Below are positions 29,169-38,763 of a stretch of 64,000 bases of DNA, in pieces (within the stretch, counting starts at the first letter, position 1; each line of letters opens with the position of its first letter). Source of the DNA: Candidatus Woesearchaeota archaeon (GTDB lineage Archaea > Nanobdellota > Nanobdellia > CAYMVK01 > CAYYFB01). Under the pieces are notes generated by a model. It did not search any database. It was given only the letters and a program-made list of their open reading frames with translations, and was not told the DNA's origin. The translations under genes were made by a program, and so were the position numbers. The DNA lies in contig CAYYFB010000002.1 in the NCBI GenBank assembly GCA_964471255.1, positions 42,283 through 106,282 of the forward strand, read 5' to 3'.

Positions 29169-29281
29169 GTTTAGTAAATAGATTCTAACTACTCTTTCCT
29201 ATGGTGTGGTTATGTAACGACAGTGGTGTGAAAAAGTAACGATATTAAATAAGAGAACAATTTGGAGATAATTTCCTTATG

Positions 29282-29353
29282 GGGCCGGTAGTCCAGTGGT
29301 AGGATGCCCGCCTCGCAAGCGGGAGGACCCGGGTTCGAATCCCGGCCGGTCCA
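29282..29353 (+). tRNA. tRNA-Ala (anticodon CGC)
   Basis: The cloverleaf has acceptor GGGCCGG/CCGGTCC including the G3:U70 Ala identity pair, and the anticodon loop CTCGCAA. Confidence 0.9.
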
Positions 29354-29397
29354 TTCTCAGAAGCAAGTAATCCTCCTTACAATTACTTCTACTGTAC

Positions 29398-30195
29398 TCA
29401 TTGATGAAGGATTATCCCTTCACATCTAATACCATATTTTTTGACTATGTCTTCTATTTCTTTTCTTAAAAGACTTCCGCTCTTCAATTTCTCCATACTT
29501 CTATAGCTTATCCTACTTAATACCTCTCTAAACCTCTTTCCAGCTCCTTTAAGATTTAAAAATTCAAACCAGTATCCATCCACAAAATCTTTGGTTTCTA
29601 ATATCAAAGACTCAACATCCGTTAGCTCAGGTATTATAGGAGAGATAAAGCAAAAGTTCTTTATTCCGTTTCGGCGAAGTTCCTGGAGTGTATTAATTCT
29701 TTTCTCATAATCTGGGGCATAGGGTTCAAAAATCTTTTTTATTCTTTTTTCAAAGCTATTTAAAGTTATACCTACTTCAACATTTCTATATTCCTTCAAT
29801 AGGTCCATGTCCCTCAGGACTAAGTCCGATTTTGTCAATATCCAAAAAGTATTTCTCTTATCTAAAGCTTCAAGTACTCTCCTAGTTAATTCATACCTCT
29901 TCTCAATTGGCTGATAAGGGTCTGAAACTATGCTGGAAAGGGCCCCAATTCCTGGAAGGATCCTATTTTTGAGATAAATTGGAGCGTTTATTTTTATCTC
30001 AACCCAGCTTCCCCATCTGCCATAGGGCTTAATTTTGCACATGTATTTAGCATAGCAGTATAAACAGGCGTGTGTACATCCAATATAATGATTAATTGCC
30101 CAGTGAGCAAGTTTAGACTTTGAAATAACATTTTTAGTTCGGTTTATTATTATTTTTATTTTTCTGTGATTAATTATCTCCCACTCTATTTCCAC
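29398..30195 (-). CDS. Radical SAM protein (SplB/COG1533-like)
   Basis: It carries the CxxxCxxC cluster IGCTHACLYCYA. Confidence 0.65.
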   Translation of the reverse strand: MEIEWEIINHRKIKIIINRTKNVISKSKLAHWAINHYIGCTHACLYCYAKYMCKIKPYGRWGSWVEIKINAPIYLKNRILPGIGALSSIVSDPYQPIEKRYELTRRVLEALDKRNTFWILTKSDLVLRDMDLLKEYRNVEVGITLNSFEKRIKKIFEPYAPDYEKRINTLQELRRNGIKNFCFISPIIPELTDVESLILETKDFVDGYWFEFLNLKGAGKRFREVLSRISYRSMEKLKSGSLLRKEIEDIVKKYGIRCEGIILHQ

Positions 30196-30243
30196 AAGAA
30201 GTTATATCTGCCGGCTTTTATCACCTCATTGTGACTATAGAGC

Positions 30244-31326
30244 ATGGGCCTAGCCGAGGCGAGAAGAAAATATCAGCGTCGTTTTAGGAGACAGCTGATT
30301 AAGAAATTGAGGGAATATGGGGGAGAGATTGCAAAAATAGTTTTAGAATGTTACCCAAATACACCTGAAGAGCTTTCTGATCTCCTCATAGAAAAACTTA
30401 ATTTTTCCTTCCCTAAATGGATTTTAAAGGAAATCTTAAGAACGATCTATTTACTTGCCATAGCAAGACCTTCTACTTCTCTATCTATTACAGGGCAAGT
30501 AATAGCAAGCTCTATTGGTGTAAATAGAATTAGGGAATACTCTCCGATACCTACACATGTTCCCTCCAGAGGCGGGGAATATAGCAAGAAGATACAGGAA
30601 TTAATGAAGGAGTACATAGTAACAAGAGTTGAGGAATTTTGTCGGTTGAAAGGTAGAGGAAAATTTTCCAAAGGGCTTTATAAGCTTGAAAAGGAGATAG
30701 GAATAACAAATCTAGGAGATATATTGTCTGATTTTGAGAAAGAAGAAGTAAATGAAAAAATTGCAAGAGCTGTTTTGTTGATGATTTCTTACATAGAAAA
30801 GGAACGTCCTATTAGCGAAATAATCAGAGAGCACTTTTTCTATTCCCCACTTCCTTCCGAATGTTCTTTAAGGGATTTATTAGAATCCCCTCTATCTTTT
30901 AGAGCCGTAGTGCTGAGAATGGCACTAGAAGTCCCTGGAGAGGCTGAGGCTATTATCTCTGTTGAGGCTGGTGGTACTCCCTTTGCATCCATTATAGCAT
31001 TTCTTCATAAATTGCCATTTATTTCAATACCAAAGGAGAGAGGCATATCTTCATCCAGCATAACCATTGAAGTAAGGAGATATGGTGTGGACCATGTTGT
31101 AATCAGCGTTCCTATAGGTCTTCCAAGCAATATACAGAGTATAGTAATAATCGATGATATGATAATGACTGGAAGTACCTCAGAAGGTGCCATTAAAATT
31201 CTTTTAGATAGAGGCTACAATGTTTGCAAGGCAATCTATGCAGCAGCCACTTCCTATGGAAGAAGGCGTATAGAAGAATTGATTGGGAAAGGAAGAGTAT
31301 TTTCCTTATATAATATCCCCGGATAG
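30244..31326 (+). CDS. Protein with an unknown ~200-aa N-terminal region and a C-terminal phosphoribosyltransferase domain
   Basis: It has the PRPP-binding loop VIIDDMIMTGSTSEGA, and the N-terminal half is unrecognised. Confidence 0.5.
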   Translation: MGLAEARRKYQRRFRRQLIKKLREYGGEIAKIVLECYPNTPEELSDLLIEKLNFSFPKWILKEILRTIYLLAIARPSTSLSITGQVIASSIGVNRIREYSPIPTHVPSRGGEYSKKIQELMKEYIVTRVEEFCRLKGRGKFSKGLYKLEKEIGITNLGDILSDFEKEEVNEKIARAVLLMISYIEKERPISEIIREHFFYSPLPSECSLRDLLESPLSFRAVVLRMALEVPGEAEAIISVEAGGTPFASIIAFLHKLPFISIPKERGISSSSITIEVRRYGVDHVVISVPIGLPSNIQSIVIIDDMIMTGSTSEGAIKILLDRGYNVCKAIYAAATSYGRRRIEELIGKGRVFSLYNIPG

Positions 31327-31358
31327 TTTCTTCTTAAAATGTAACTAGGAAATTTTGA

Positions 31359-32075
31359 TCATCTCTTAACACAAAGATATACACATGCCCCTTGCCTAAA
31401 TTTCATAAGCCTTCTTCTTTCAAATTCGCCAATTACTTCAAATCCTGCAGACTTCAGAATTTTCTCCATAAGCTTCATAGGATATATCCTAACCTTTACT
31501 TTTCTTTCATAAATTTTCTTCTTACCTTCCCAGATTTCATCAAGAAAAATCCGATAGAGACCTTCAGTCCAAGAGTAAGAAACATGAATAAAATTTTCGA
31601 ATTCATGAGTATTTGCTGAAAGAGGCCGGGTAAGAAAATCTTCTGTAGGAATATCTAAAATTAAAATTCCTTTTCTTCTACAATGCTTATAGAAGTTTTC
31701 TAAAACTCTTATGTTTTCCTTATCAGAAAAGTATCCAAAAGTTGTAAACCAACAAAGGATAATATCAAACTCCCTATTTAGAGAGAAATTCCTCATATCA
31801 GCAACAATATAATATTTTTCATATCCCTTGTTTCTTTTCTTAGCCAATTCCATCAATTCTTTATTTACATCTATTCCCCAAACTTCGTATCCAAATTCTC
31901 TCAAATAGGGATGAATCCTTCCATTTCCGCAGCCTACATCAAGTATTTGGTGATATTCCTCTTTAGTTCCCTTTCTAGCAAACTCTATTAAGGAATGTAT
32001 ATATAATGCCTCAAGATAATTGTCCTCTTCATCTCTATGAATATGCCAAAGAATTTCCTCAGGAAGATTTTTCAT
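31359..32075 (-). CDS. Class I SAM-dependent methyltransferase
   Basis: It has motif I ILDVGCGNGRI. Confidence 0.65.
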   Translation of the reverse strand: MKNLPEEILWHIHRDEEDNYLEALYIHSLIEFARKGTKEEYHQILDVGCGNGRIHPYLREFGYEVWGIDVNKELMELAKKRNKGYEKYYIVADMRNFSLNREFDIILCWFTTFGYFSDKENIRVLENFYKHCRRKGILILDIPTEDFLTRPLSANTHEFENFIHVSYSWTEGLYRIFLDEIWEGKKKIYERKVKVRIYPMKLMEKILKSAGFEVIGEFERRRLMKFRQGACVYLCVKR

Positions 32076-32160
32076 AAAGAAGGAATAGTAATAAGGTGTG
32101 ATGAAAATTAAGTTGCTGATTTATGATGATGGTTTAAAGCGCTGATGTTTACTATTTCTT

Positions 32161-32898
32161 GTGAAAATGCCTAAGATACTTTCCCATAGATGTTCCCACT
32201 TTGGAGCAGAGACAGGCATGGAGGAAGCTATTAAAAAGGCATTAGAAAAAAATATTGATGGTATAGAACTCGATATTTCCCTTACAAAAGAAAGAAAAAT
32301 GGTTATCTTCCACGATGAGGATGTATCAAGATTTCTTCCAGAATCAAAAGAAATAACTGAATTGGAATATAAAAAACTAAAACTATTTCTTGACATACTA
32401 AAGGTAGAAGAGGTTCTTTCGTTAGTAGATGGAAAATTTTTAATAAAATTTGATCTAAAGGCACCAGTTAGGAATGAACTGCTCTCCTTGCTAAAGAACT
32501 ACGACGGAGATGTTCTAATCTACATGGGGGGAAGAGTCCAGGATTACCTCTTCCCCCTCCTCAGGTTTTGGAACAAGGCAAGATCAAATAAAATAAAGGT
32601 TGAAATTGCAGAATATCTTTATTCCTTTAGAACGGATTCATATATAGACGGTGTTTCCTTTTCTCCATCAAATAAGGAAATAAAGCTTTTTAAAGAGTTT
32701 CTTTACGGAAGGAAACATGCCGATATTTATATTGATCTAGATTCCTATCTTGGCAAAAAGACCATAAAGAAGTTATTAGAACTAGAACCGGCCTACATTA
32801 CTTTACATGGAAAAATAGATTATTTCCTGTTTAAGAGAGTATATAAGGGAGCTTTAGAGGAAAAATCTAATGAAAATAGCAAGCATTTACTTCTATAG
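32161..32898 (+). CDS. Glycerophosphodiester phosphodiesterase-like protein
   Basis: It contains SHRCSHFGAE...GIELDISLTKERKMVIFHDEDV. The tracked start is GTG and an ATG lies at 32167. Confidence 0.5.
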   Translation: MKMPKILSHRCSHFGAETGMEEAIKKALEKNIDGIELDISLTKERKMVIFHDEDVSRFLPESKEITELEYKKLKLFLDILKVEEVLSLVDGKFLIKFDLKAPVRNELLSLLKNYDGDVLIYMGGRVQDYLFPLLRFWNKARSNKIKVEIAEYLYSFRTDSYIDGVSFSPSNKEIKLFKEFLYGRKHADIYIDLDSYLGKKTIKKLLELEPAYITLHGKIDYFLFKRVYKGALEEKSNENSKHLLL

Positions 32899-32995
32899 AG
32901 TGAAATCTATATATAAGTAATGGCAATTAGGTTAAAATATTAAGATTTACAGGAGAGGCAAATAAATATGAAAAAATCCAAGTCATCTGATTTCT

Positions 32996-33712
32996 ATGCT
33001 TGAAATAAAAAATCTTTGGGTAGGGGTTGATAATAGAATAATATTAAGAGATATCAATCTTAAAATAAAGAAATCTGAAATACATGCCTTAATGGGCCCA
33101 AATGCAAGTGGAAAAACAACTCTAGCTAAAACGATAATTGGCTTTCCAGGATTTAATATAATTAAAGGGAAGATTTTGTTCAATGGAAAAGACATAACGA
33201 ATTTAGAAATGGAAAAGCGGATTAAGCTAGGAATTTCACTTGCTTTTCAGAATCCTCCTGCTATTCCAGGAATTAGGGTAAAAACGTTATTAAAAACTAT
33301 AAACAAAAATTGGGAAGAGATTATTAAAGAATTAAAGGATCCAATAATAGAGAATTTTTTAGATAGAGAAATCAATGTTGATTTTTCTGGAGGAGAAAGG
33401 AAATATTTAGAATTAATCCAAGTTCTGTGTCAAAAGCCAAAATTCGTTATTTTTGATGAGATAGATTCTGGAATAGATATCGAAAGGGTTAAAGGGATTG
33501 GAAAAATAATAAAAAACCTCTTTAGAAAATCGTCCATTCTCCTTATAACTCATTCGGGAGCAATCTTGGATGTAGTTAGACCAGATAAAATTCATGTTAT
33601 GATTAATGGTGAAATAGTTTGTTCCTCTTCAAGTTGGAAAAAGGTTCTAAGGACAATAAGGTCTTATGGTTATGAAAAATGTAAAAAGTGCAAACTACGT
33701 CCAGATAAATGA
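32996..33712 (+). CDS. sufC: Fe-S cluster assembly ATPase SufC
   Basis: It has Walker A GPNASGKTT, an ABC signature FSGGERK and Walker B FVIFDEIDSGID. Confidence 0.8.
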   Translation: MLEIKNLWVGVDNRIILRDINLKIKKSEIHALMGPNASGKTTLAKTIIGFPGFNIIKGKILFNGKDITNLEMEKRIKLGISLAFQNPPAIPGIRVKTLLKTINKNWEEIIKELKDPIIENFLDREINVDFSGGERKYLELIQVLCQKPKFVIFDEIDSGIDIERVKGIGKIIKNLFRKSSILLITHSGAILDVVRPDKIHVMINGEIVCSSSSWKKVLRTIRSYGYEKCKKCKLRPDK

Positions 33713-34574
33713 CAGGGTTCTTAAAGTCTTAGAGAAAAAGGGAGTGGAAATTTTACCTGTAAGAGAGGCTTGGGAAAAAATAAAATCTATTAGAAAATAT
33801 TTTAAAAAACCTCCTAAATGTGGATATTACGTAAAGGTTAAAAAATCAATTCAATTTCCTTTGGTTCTTTGTATGTTAATTTCAAAAGAAAGATTTAAGC
33901 AAGAATTGGATAATTTGTTGATAGTTGAGGAAAATGTAGAGTGCAATATTTATGCTACTTGTTCTTCTGTGTTTACTGATCTTTGCGCATTGCATAAAGC
34001 TGGGGGAAAGATTATTCTAAAGAAAGGGAGCAAAGTAAACTATTTCCATTTCCATAGATGGGGAAGCTATGACAAAGTTCTAACCAACTATCAGATAATT
34101 CTGGAGCGGGGATCATCTCTCAGTTATCTTTACAAATGTACTTTGGCTCCCCAAAATCTTGAATTAAAGACCTCAATTACGGCTGGAGAAGGATCAAATG
34201 TTCATACAAGGGTAATCTTAGATGCTAGGGGAGGAATATCTAAAGCAATGGAGCACATACTCCTCAAAAAAAGAGCATCGGCAATTTCTGAGTATAGGGT
34301 TGTGGGGAGAGATGGTGCAAATGTGGAAATAGAAGGAAAAATAGAAGCATTAGAGAATTCCAAAGGACATTTAGATTGTAGAGGACTTATTTTAGATAGT
34401 GATTCGAAAATCTCTTTGTCTCCTGTCCTCGTTAACAGAAGTAAGGATGCTATACTTACCCATGAAGCGTCTATTGGGAAAATTTTTGATGAGCAAATAC
34501 TCTACTTGAAAGCAAGAGGTTTAAGTGAAGAAGAAGCCATAAATCTTATTGTCACTGGCTTCTTACATGCATAA
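33666..34574 (+). CDS. sufB: SufB/SufD-family Fe-S assembly protein
   Basis: The C-terminus is THEASIGKIFDEQILYLKARGLSEEEAINLIVTGF, and the gene follows sufC. Confidence 0.7.
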   Translation: MVMKNVKSANYVQINDRVLKVLEKKGVEILPVREAWEKIKSIRKYFKKPPKCGYYVKVKKSIQFPLVLCMLISKERFKQELDNLLIVEENVECNIYATCSSVFTDLCALHKAGGKIILKKGSKVNYFHFHRWGSYDKVLTNYQIILERGSSLSYLYKCTLAPQNLELKTSITAGEGSNVHTRVILDARGGISKAMEHILLKKRASAISEYRVVGRDGANVEIEGKIEALENSKGHLDCRGLILDSDSKISLSPVLVNRSKDAILTHEASIGKIFDEQILYLKARGLSEEEAINLIVTGFLHA

Positions 34575-34776
34575 GAAAATTAAAAATAAACCTTTGAAAG
34601 AGCTTCTAAAGGATGAAGATATTTTAGGTATTTTAATTGAGGAGGGAATCCCATGCCTAACCTGTCCTTTCCTCCCATTAGAAATGAATAATATTACTCT
34701 TTTAGACATTGCTAAGATTTACAACTTGGATTTAGATAAAATCCTAAAAAAGATAAAGGAAAGGAAGAAAAAATGA
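34567..34776 (+). CDS. Small DUF1858-like protein
   Basis: It contains IPCLTCPF...ITLLDIAKIYNLDLDKIL. The start was moved to the ATG at 34567. Confidence 0.4.
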   Translation: MHKKIKNKPLKELLKDEDILGILIEEGIPCLTCPFLPLEMNNITLLDIAKIYNLDLDKILKKIKERKKK

Positions 34777-35501
34777 GGATTAAGCTTATAGACGCTCATG
34801 TACATTTGCATGAATTTAGTAGAGAATACATCTCTAGTTTAAAGGATAGTTTTTACCGTATCCTGGCTGTTTCGGAAGATTACGAAAGTTCATTAAGAAC
34901 TCTAGAGCTTTCTAAGGATTTTGATTTTATTATTCCCGGCATAGGAATTTACCCTAGTGAGATCAACAAGAATAATTTAGAAGGGATTAAGAAAATTCTT
35001 GCCAGAATTGACCATCCTTTTTTCTTTGGAGAAATAGGAATGGATAAAAAATTTAAGAAGATAATCCCTTTGGGGAAACAAAAAGAAGTTCTTGAATTTT
35101 TTCTAAAATTAGCTAAAGACTACGATGTGCCTGTTAATCTGCATAGTCGGTACGCCTGGAGAAATGTTCTTGACTTGGTTCTAAAATATGATCTAGACAA
35201 AGTAATATTTCATTGGTATACTGGCCCGAATGAAATTCTAGAGGAAATTATTGGAAAGAATTACTTTATAACACTAAATTTGGCAATAAAAATTCAGCCA
35301 ATCCAGAAAGAGATACTTGAAATTGTTCCTCTAAAGAATTTGCTCCCTGAAAGCGATGGACCCTATGACTATAGAGGGATCCGACTGGAGCCAAAAACTT
35401 TACTAGAGTTCTATGAAATTGTTTCAGAAAGAAGAAATATCGATATTATCTCATTAGCTGAGCAATTTCTATCCAATTTGCACGGATTATTCAAAATTTA
35501 A
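34773..35501 (+). CDS. tatD: TatD-family metal-dependent hydrolase
   Basis: It contains LIDAHVHLHEF, GEIGMD and a late ESDGP. Confidence 0.7.
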   Translation: MRIKLIDAHVHLHEFSREYISSLKDSFYRILAVSEDYESSLRTLELSKDFDFIIPGIGIYPSEINKNNLEGIKKILARIDHPFFFGEIGMDKKFKKIIPLGKQKEVLEFFLKLAKDYDVPVNLHSRYAWRNVLDLVLKYDLDKVIFHWYTGPNEILEEIIGKNYFITLNLAIKIQPIQKEILEIVPLKNLLPESDGPYDYRGIRLEPKTLLEFYEIVSERRNIDIISLAEQFLSNLHGLFKI

Positions 35502-35604
35502 TTTAAATAGGAAAGGAAATATCCATATATTTTTGTTCTTTGTTTGCCTATTACTCTCCTGTAAATAAGAAAACTTATATACAATATTTTATTCCAAATA
35601 GAAA

Positions 35605-35970
35605 ATGATTGAATACAAGTTCATAAAGCCAGAAGAGATAAAAAGAGCGATAGTAAGAATAAAAGCGAGAAATGTAGAGAAAAATGAATTGCTTGCACTA
35701 ATTGAGAATCTATCAAAATGTCTTGAAAGCAAGGTTCTTTCAACAACTCTCGTAGAATTCCCTGGAGGGGATTATACCATTTCATCAATATTAGCAACTT
35801 CACATGCTGTATTAAGCACCTATACAATTAGAGACGGAAAATGGATAGAAATAGATGTAGGATGGTGCTCCAGAAAAGAATTGGATGAGAAAGAAGTCAA
35901 AAAGAAGATAAAGAAGATACTGGGGGGAAAGTTATTCAACGTGGAAATTCAGGAAATAAGGAGCCAGTAA
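35605..35970 (+). CDS. S-adenosylmethionine decarboxylase (SpeH)-like fold protein, divergent
   Basis: ISSILATSHAVLSTYT...IEIDVGWC parallels the SpeH pattern LAESHISIHTWPE...DVFTC. However, ES is replaced by TS and HT by ST. Confidence 0.4.
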   Translation: MIEYKFIKPEEIKRAIVRIKARNVEKNELLALIENLSKCLESKVLSTTLVEFPGGDYTISSILATSHAVLSTYTIRDGKWIEIDVGWCSRKELDEKEVKKKIKKILGGKLFNVEIQEIRSQ

Positions 35971-36096
35971 AAACAAATAGGAAAAGAGTCCTAACCAAAA
36001 ATATTACCTAACTTACTTCATAGTCTAAAATAAATTTACTTCTTATATTCTCAGCTTCTGTTTAAGAGGCTGCCTATTAGAAGAAGATATAAAACG

Positions 36097-36146
36097 CTGC
36101 TCCAGAACTTCTCTCGGAAATTTCAACCCCATACACTCTGGAGCGG
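36097..36146. repeat. Inverted pair of the motif in the spacer between convergent genes
   Basis: CTGCTCCAGAA (36097-36107) and CTCTGGAGCGG (36136-36146) form an 8-bp stem around a ~30-nt loop. Confidence 0.7.
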
Positions 36147-36237
36147 GAGCTATTTTACCTATATTCAAGACTTTAGCCTAATAAGATACCAAATAATATC
36201 GTTAAACATAGAATTAAAGTTCAATTATCCTAAAGAA

Positions 36238-37059
36238 TTAAGGAATCAATTGCACTTTCCCTGTAAGAATGTCTTCAAGTCTAATGATTGGGTACTGGAG
36301 CGGCCGTCTTGTAAAGGTTAGGTTTATGGGAATGCCTGTCTCTAATGTAAGTCTATCGAATTCTCTCTTTAGTTCTTGAAGTACTGCAGTATCGGAAGAA
36401 CGATAACTAACTACTATGTCAATATCCGAAATGAAGTGCCCTTCTATATAAATGAAAAATCTCCCAGTTCTCACGCTAGATCCATTTGCACCAACATCTT
36501 TGAGAGATATATCATAATCGGAGCAAATTTTCCCTATTTTTCTAAAGGCGGGAAGAATATGTTTTGGGATAGCCTCTTTTTTCTTTTTTAGCCAATACTC
36601 TTCCTTTTTCTTGAGTTCATCCAAAGTAGGAGCAATAAGATCCTTTCTAGCTCTAGTAGCACGTAAAGCTCCCTTCCTTGATCTTGCTTCAACTCTTGTG
36701 TAAAACTCTTCCTCTCCAGTGCTCACTTCCAAGAAATATATTACAGTGCAAGGAGGATAAAATTTATCTTCAATTATCCTGCCTCTAGATAATATTAACT
36801 CGTGAAGAGAAATTGAAGTTCTACGTATTTCTGGGAGATCAGGTAAACCAAACAATTTGCGAACGCGATAGGGTGCAAGTTGGATCATTGCAATATACCA
36901 TTCTTTTGGGGTTTGGGTACTATATCCTAGCATTTGGGCAGCAAAGACCGGTAAGAAATCACAGGAAGCATCATTATGTAATATCTCTAGAAGTCTTGAA
37001 AGGGAATTTATGGCTTTTGGAAAGTTGTTTACCCTAAGTGCTAACATAAGAAAAAACAT
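36238..37059 (-). CDS. Uncharacterised protein with a C-terminal minimal nucleotidyltransferase (Pol-beta superfamily) motif
   Basis: GANGSSVRTGRF...SDIDIVV matches GSxxRG...DxD. The N-terminal ~170 aa are unrecognised. Confidence 0.45.
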   Translation of the reverse strand: MFFLMLALRVNNFPKAINSLSRLLEILHNDASCDFLPVFAAQMLGYSTQTPKEWYIAMIQLAPYRVRKLFGLPDLPEIRRTSISLHELILSRGRIIEDKFYPPCTVIYFLEVSTGEEEFYTRVEARSRKGALRATRARKDLIAPTLDELKKKEEYWLKKKKEAIPKHILPAFRKIGKICSDYDISLKDVGANGSSVRTGRFFIYIEGHFISDIDIVVSYRSSDTAVLQELKREFDRLTLETGIPINLTFTRRPLQYPIIRLEDILTGKVQLIP

Positions 37060-37106
37060 CTTCTTTCCTTTAAAATACTGCTACTATACGATTGTAATCC
37101 TATCTG

Positions 37107-38294
37107 CTAAAAATAGCTTGGTAAAGGTTTTATTCTTAGGTTTTTAAGTAAGATGCTTTTCCCTATTACTTTATTAAATTTCTTTTTTAGCTCTTTAACT
37201 ACAGCCTCTCCAATCATTTTTGGCCTCTTAGAGAGCATATCTCTAATACATTCTCTCATTTGCCATATTCCGACTGGAGCATAGAACTCTTTCTTAACCT
37301 CTCTTATTATAAGAATAGAAGCTTGCCTTTTTCTCCTTTCAAGGGCCTCCAGAACTGCTAGCCTACCTGCGTAGAAAGCCCCTCCAGTAGAGGAAGCATA
37401 AGATGTCCTTCCCCAGTAGGGTTCATAATCCGAAAAAACTATTGGATTATTAGAATTTAAATTCCAAATACTCCCAGGATATTTTATTTCTATTAGCTCA
37501 TATTGATATTTGGAGGGGAAAAGTGCAATTGTGTATTTATTCCCTATATATTCTCCAGTATATAACTCCATATCATCTATCTCTGGGTATTCCCTAATTC
37601 TTTGCAAAAGAAAATCTCCAATATGTTTATCAACAGCTGTAATTGACCATCTGGTTGGAACAAATTTCCTTTGGATCTTTAGCCCTAACAAGCCGGCAGA
37701 AAATATCCTCTGAATCCTGCTAACTGGAATCCCTTTTTTATAAAGAATTATAACTGCCTCCTTTGCTTTCATTTCATCATCTGCTATTACTCTTTCTACT
37801 TTGTTCTCTATTTTTGGCTCATCCAAAAGCTCAATTAACTCATACTCTGCAGGATTTCCAGTGGGGGGTATTCTGGCCCCAAAGTAAAATCTAAATCTTG
37901 GGTTTTTCTTTAATTTAGTAAAGAGATAAATTTCCCTTTTCGAAGCTGCAGCCTCCTGAATTTCATTTATTCCCTCTCTAATATGTGTTTTAGATCTAGC
38001 ATAAACGAGCGATCCTCTCAATTCGAGTATTTTCCTTATATTAAATTTCCTTTTATACCATAATTCTGGATATTCATATATTTCTGAATTAGATTCTGGA
38101 GCGATGAGTAAACCTGTCCATACTTTTGGATATCCAAATCTCCCAACAAAAATACCTGGAGGGGATGGTCCCTCTATTTCTTTCTTTTTTGTCAGGATTT
38201 TTCTCCAATGCTTTATTTTCTGTAATATAGGGCAAGGCCTCCCACACCAGCCCCTTCCTTTACATTTTGCACAAATGGGCTGCTCCAGTGCCAT
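37107..38294 (-). CDS. nreA: NreA-family DNA repair protein (archaeal Nre)
   Basis: It has the N-terminal Cys cluster CAKCKGRGWCGRPCPIL, with Nre-like length and layout. Confidence 0.65.
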   Translation of the reverse strand: MALEQPICAKCKGRGWCGRPCPILQKIKHWRKILTKKKEIEGPSPPGIFVGRFGYPKVWTGLLIAPESNSEIYEYPELWYKRKFNIRKILELRGSLVYARSKTHIREGINEIQEAAASKREIYLFTKLKKNPRFRFYFGARIPPTGNPAEYELIELLDEPKIENKVERVIADDEMKAKEAVIILYKKGIPVSRIQRIFSAGLLGLKIQRKFVPTRWSITAVDKHIGDFLLQRIREYPEIDDMELYTGEYIGNKYTIALFPSKYQYELIEIKYPGSIWNLNSNNPIVFSDYEPYWGRTSYASSTGGAFYAGRLAVLEALERRKRQASILIIREVKKEFYAPVGIWQMRECIRDMLSKRPKMIGEAVVKELKKKFNKVIGKSILLKNLRIKPLPSYF

Positions 38295-38295
38295 A

Positions 38296-38763
38296 TTAGA
38301 AGCTTATTAGACTTTTCTCTATTTCATCCCTTCTTATCTTATATTCACAATACTTACAGACATATCCATCATCTTTTCGCAAAAATATGCTTGAAATAAA
38401 TTTCTTCTCCCTTTCATCATTAGTTATACAAAATGGATTTGGACACTTCAATATATTCACTATCTTTTCTGGAGGGCCAGATCTAACTTTTTTGATAACT
38501 TTATAATCCTCAATGTAATTAAGAGTTGCCTCTGGAGCAACTAAAAATATTATTTGCATATGCTCAACTGTAGGAAAAAAGTTCTCAACTTTTATTATAT
38601 CCTTTTTCCCTATCTTCTTACTTTCAACATTTGAAAGCAAAACCCAAGTATGTGGCAGTTTATCTATACCTAAGATCCTTAATAATATCTTTCCTTTTCC
38701 CGCCGGAATATGATCAATCACAATCCCTTGCCTAATTTTTCTTACTAGTAATTCTTTTTTCAT
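38296..38763 (-). CDS. pyrI: Aspartate carbamoyltransferase regulatory chain
   Basis: It contains VIDHIPAGKG and a C-terminal zinc site CPNPFC...CKYC. It overlaps the end of pyrB. Confidence 0.85.
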   Translation of the reverse strand: MKKELLVRKIRQGIVIDHIPAGKGKILLRILGIDKLPHTWVLLSNVESKKIGKKDIIKVENFFPTVEHMQIIFLVAPEATLNYIEDYKVIKKVRSGPPEKIVNILKCPNPFCITNDEREKKFISSIFLRKDDGYVCKYCEYKIRRDEIEKSLISF

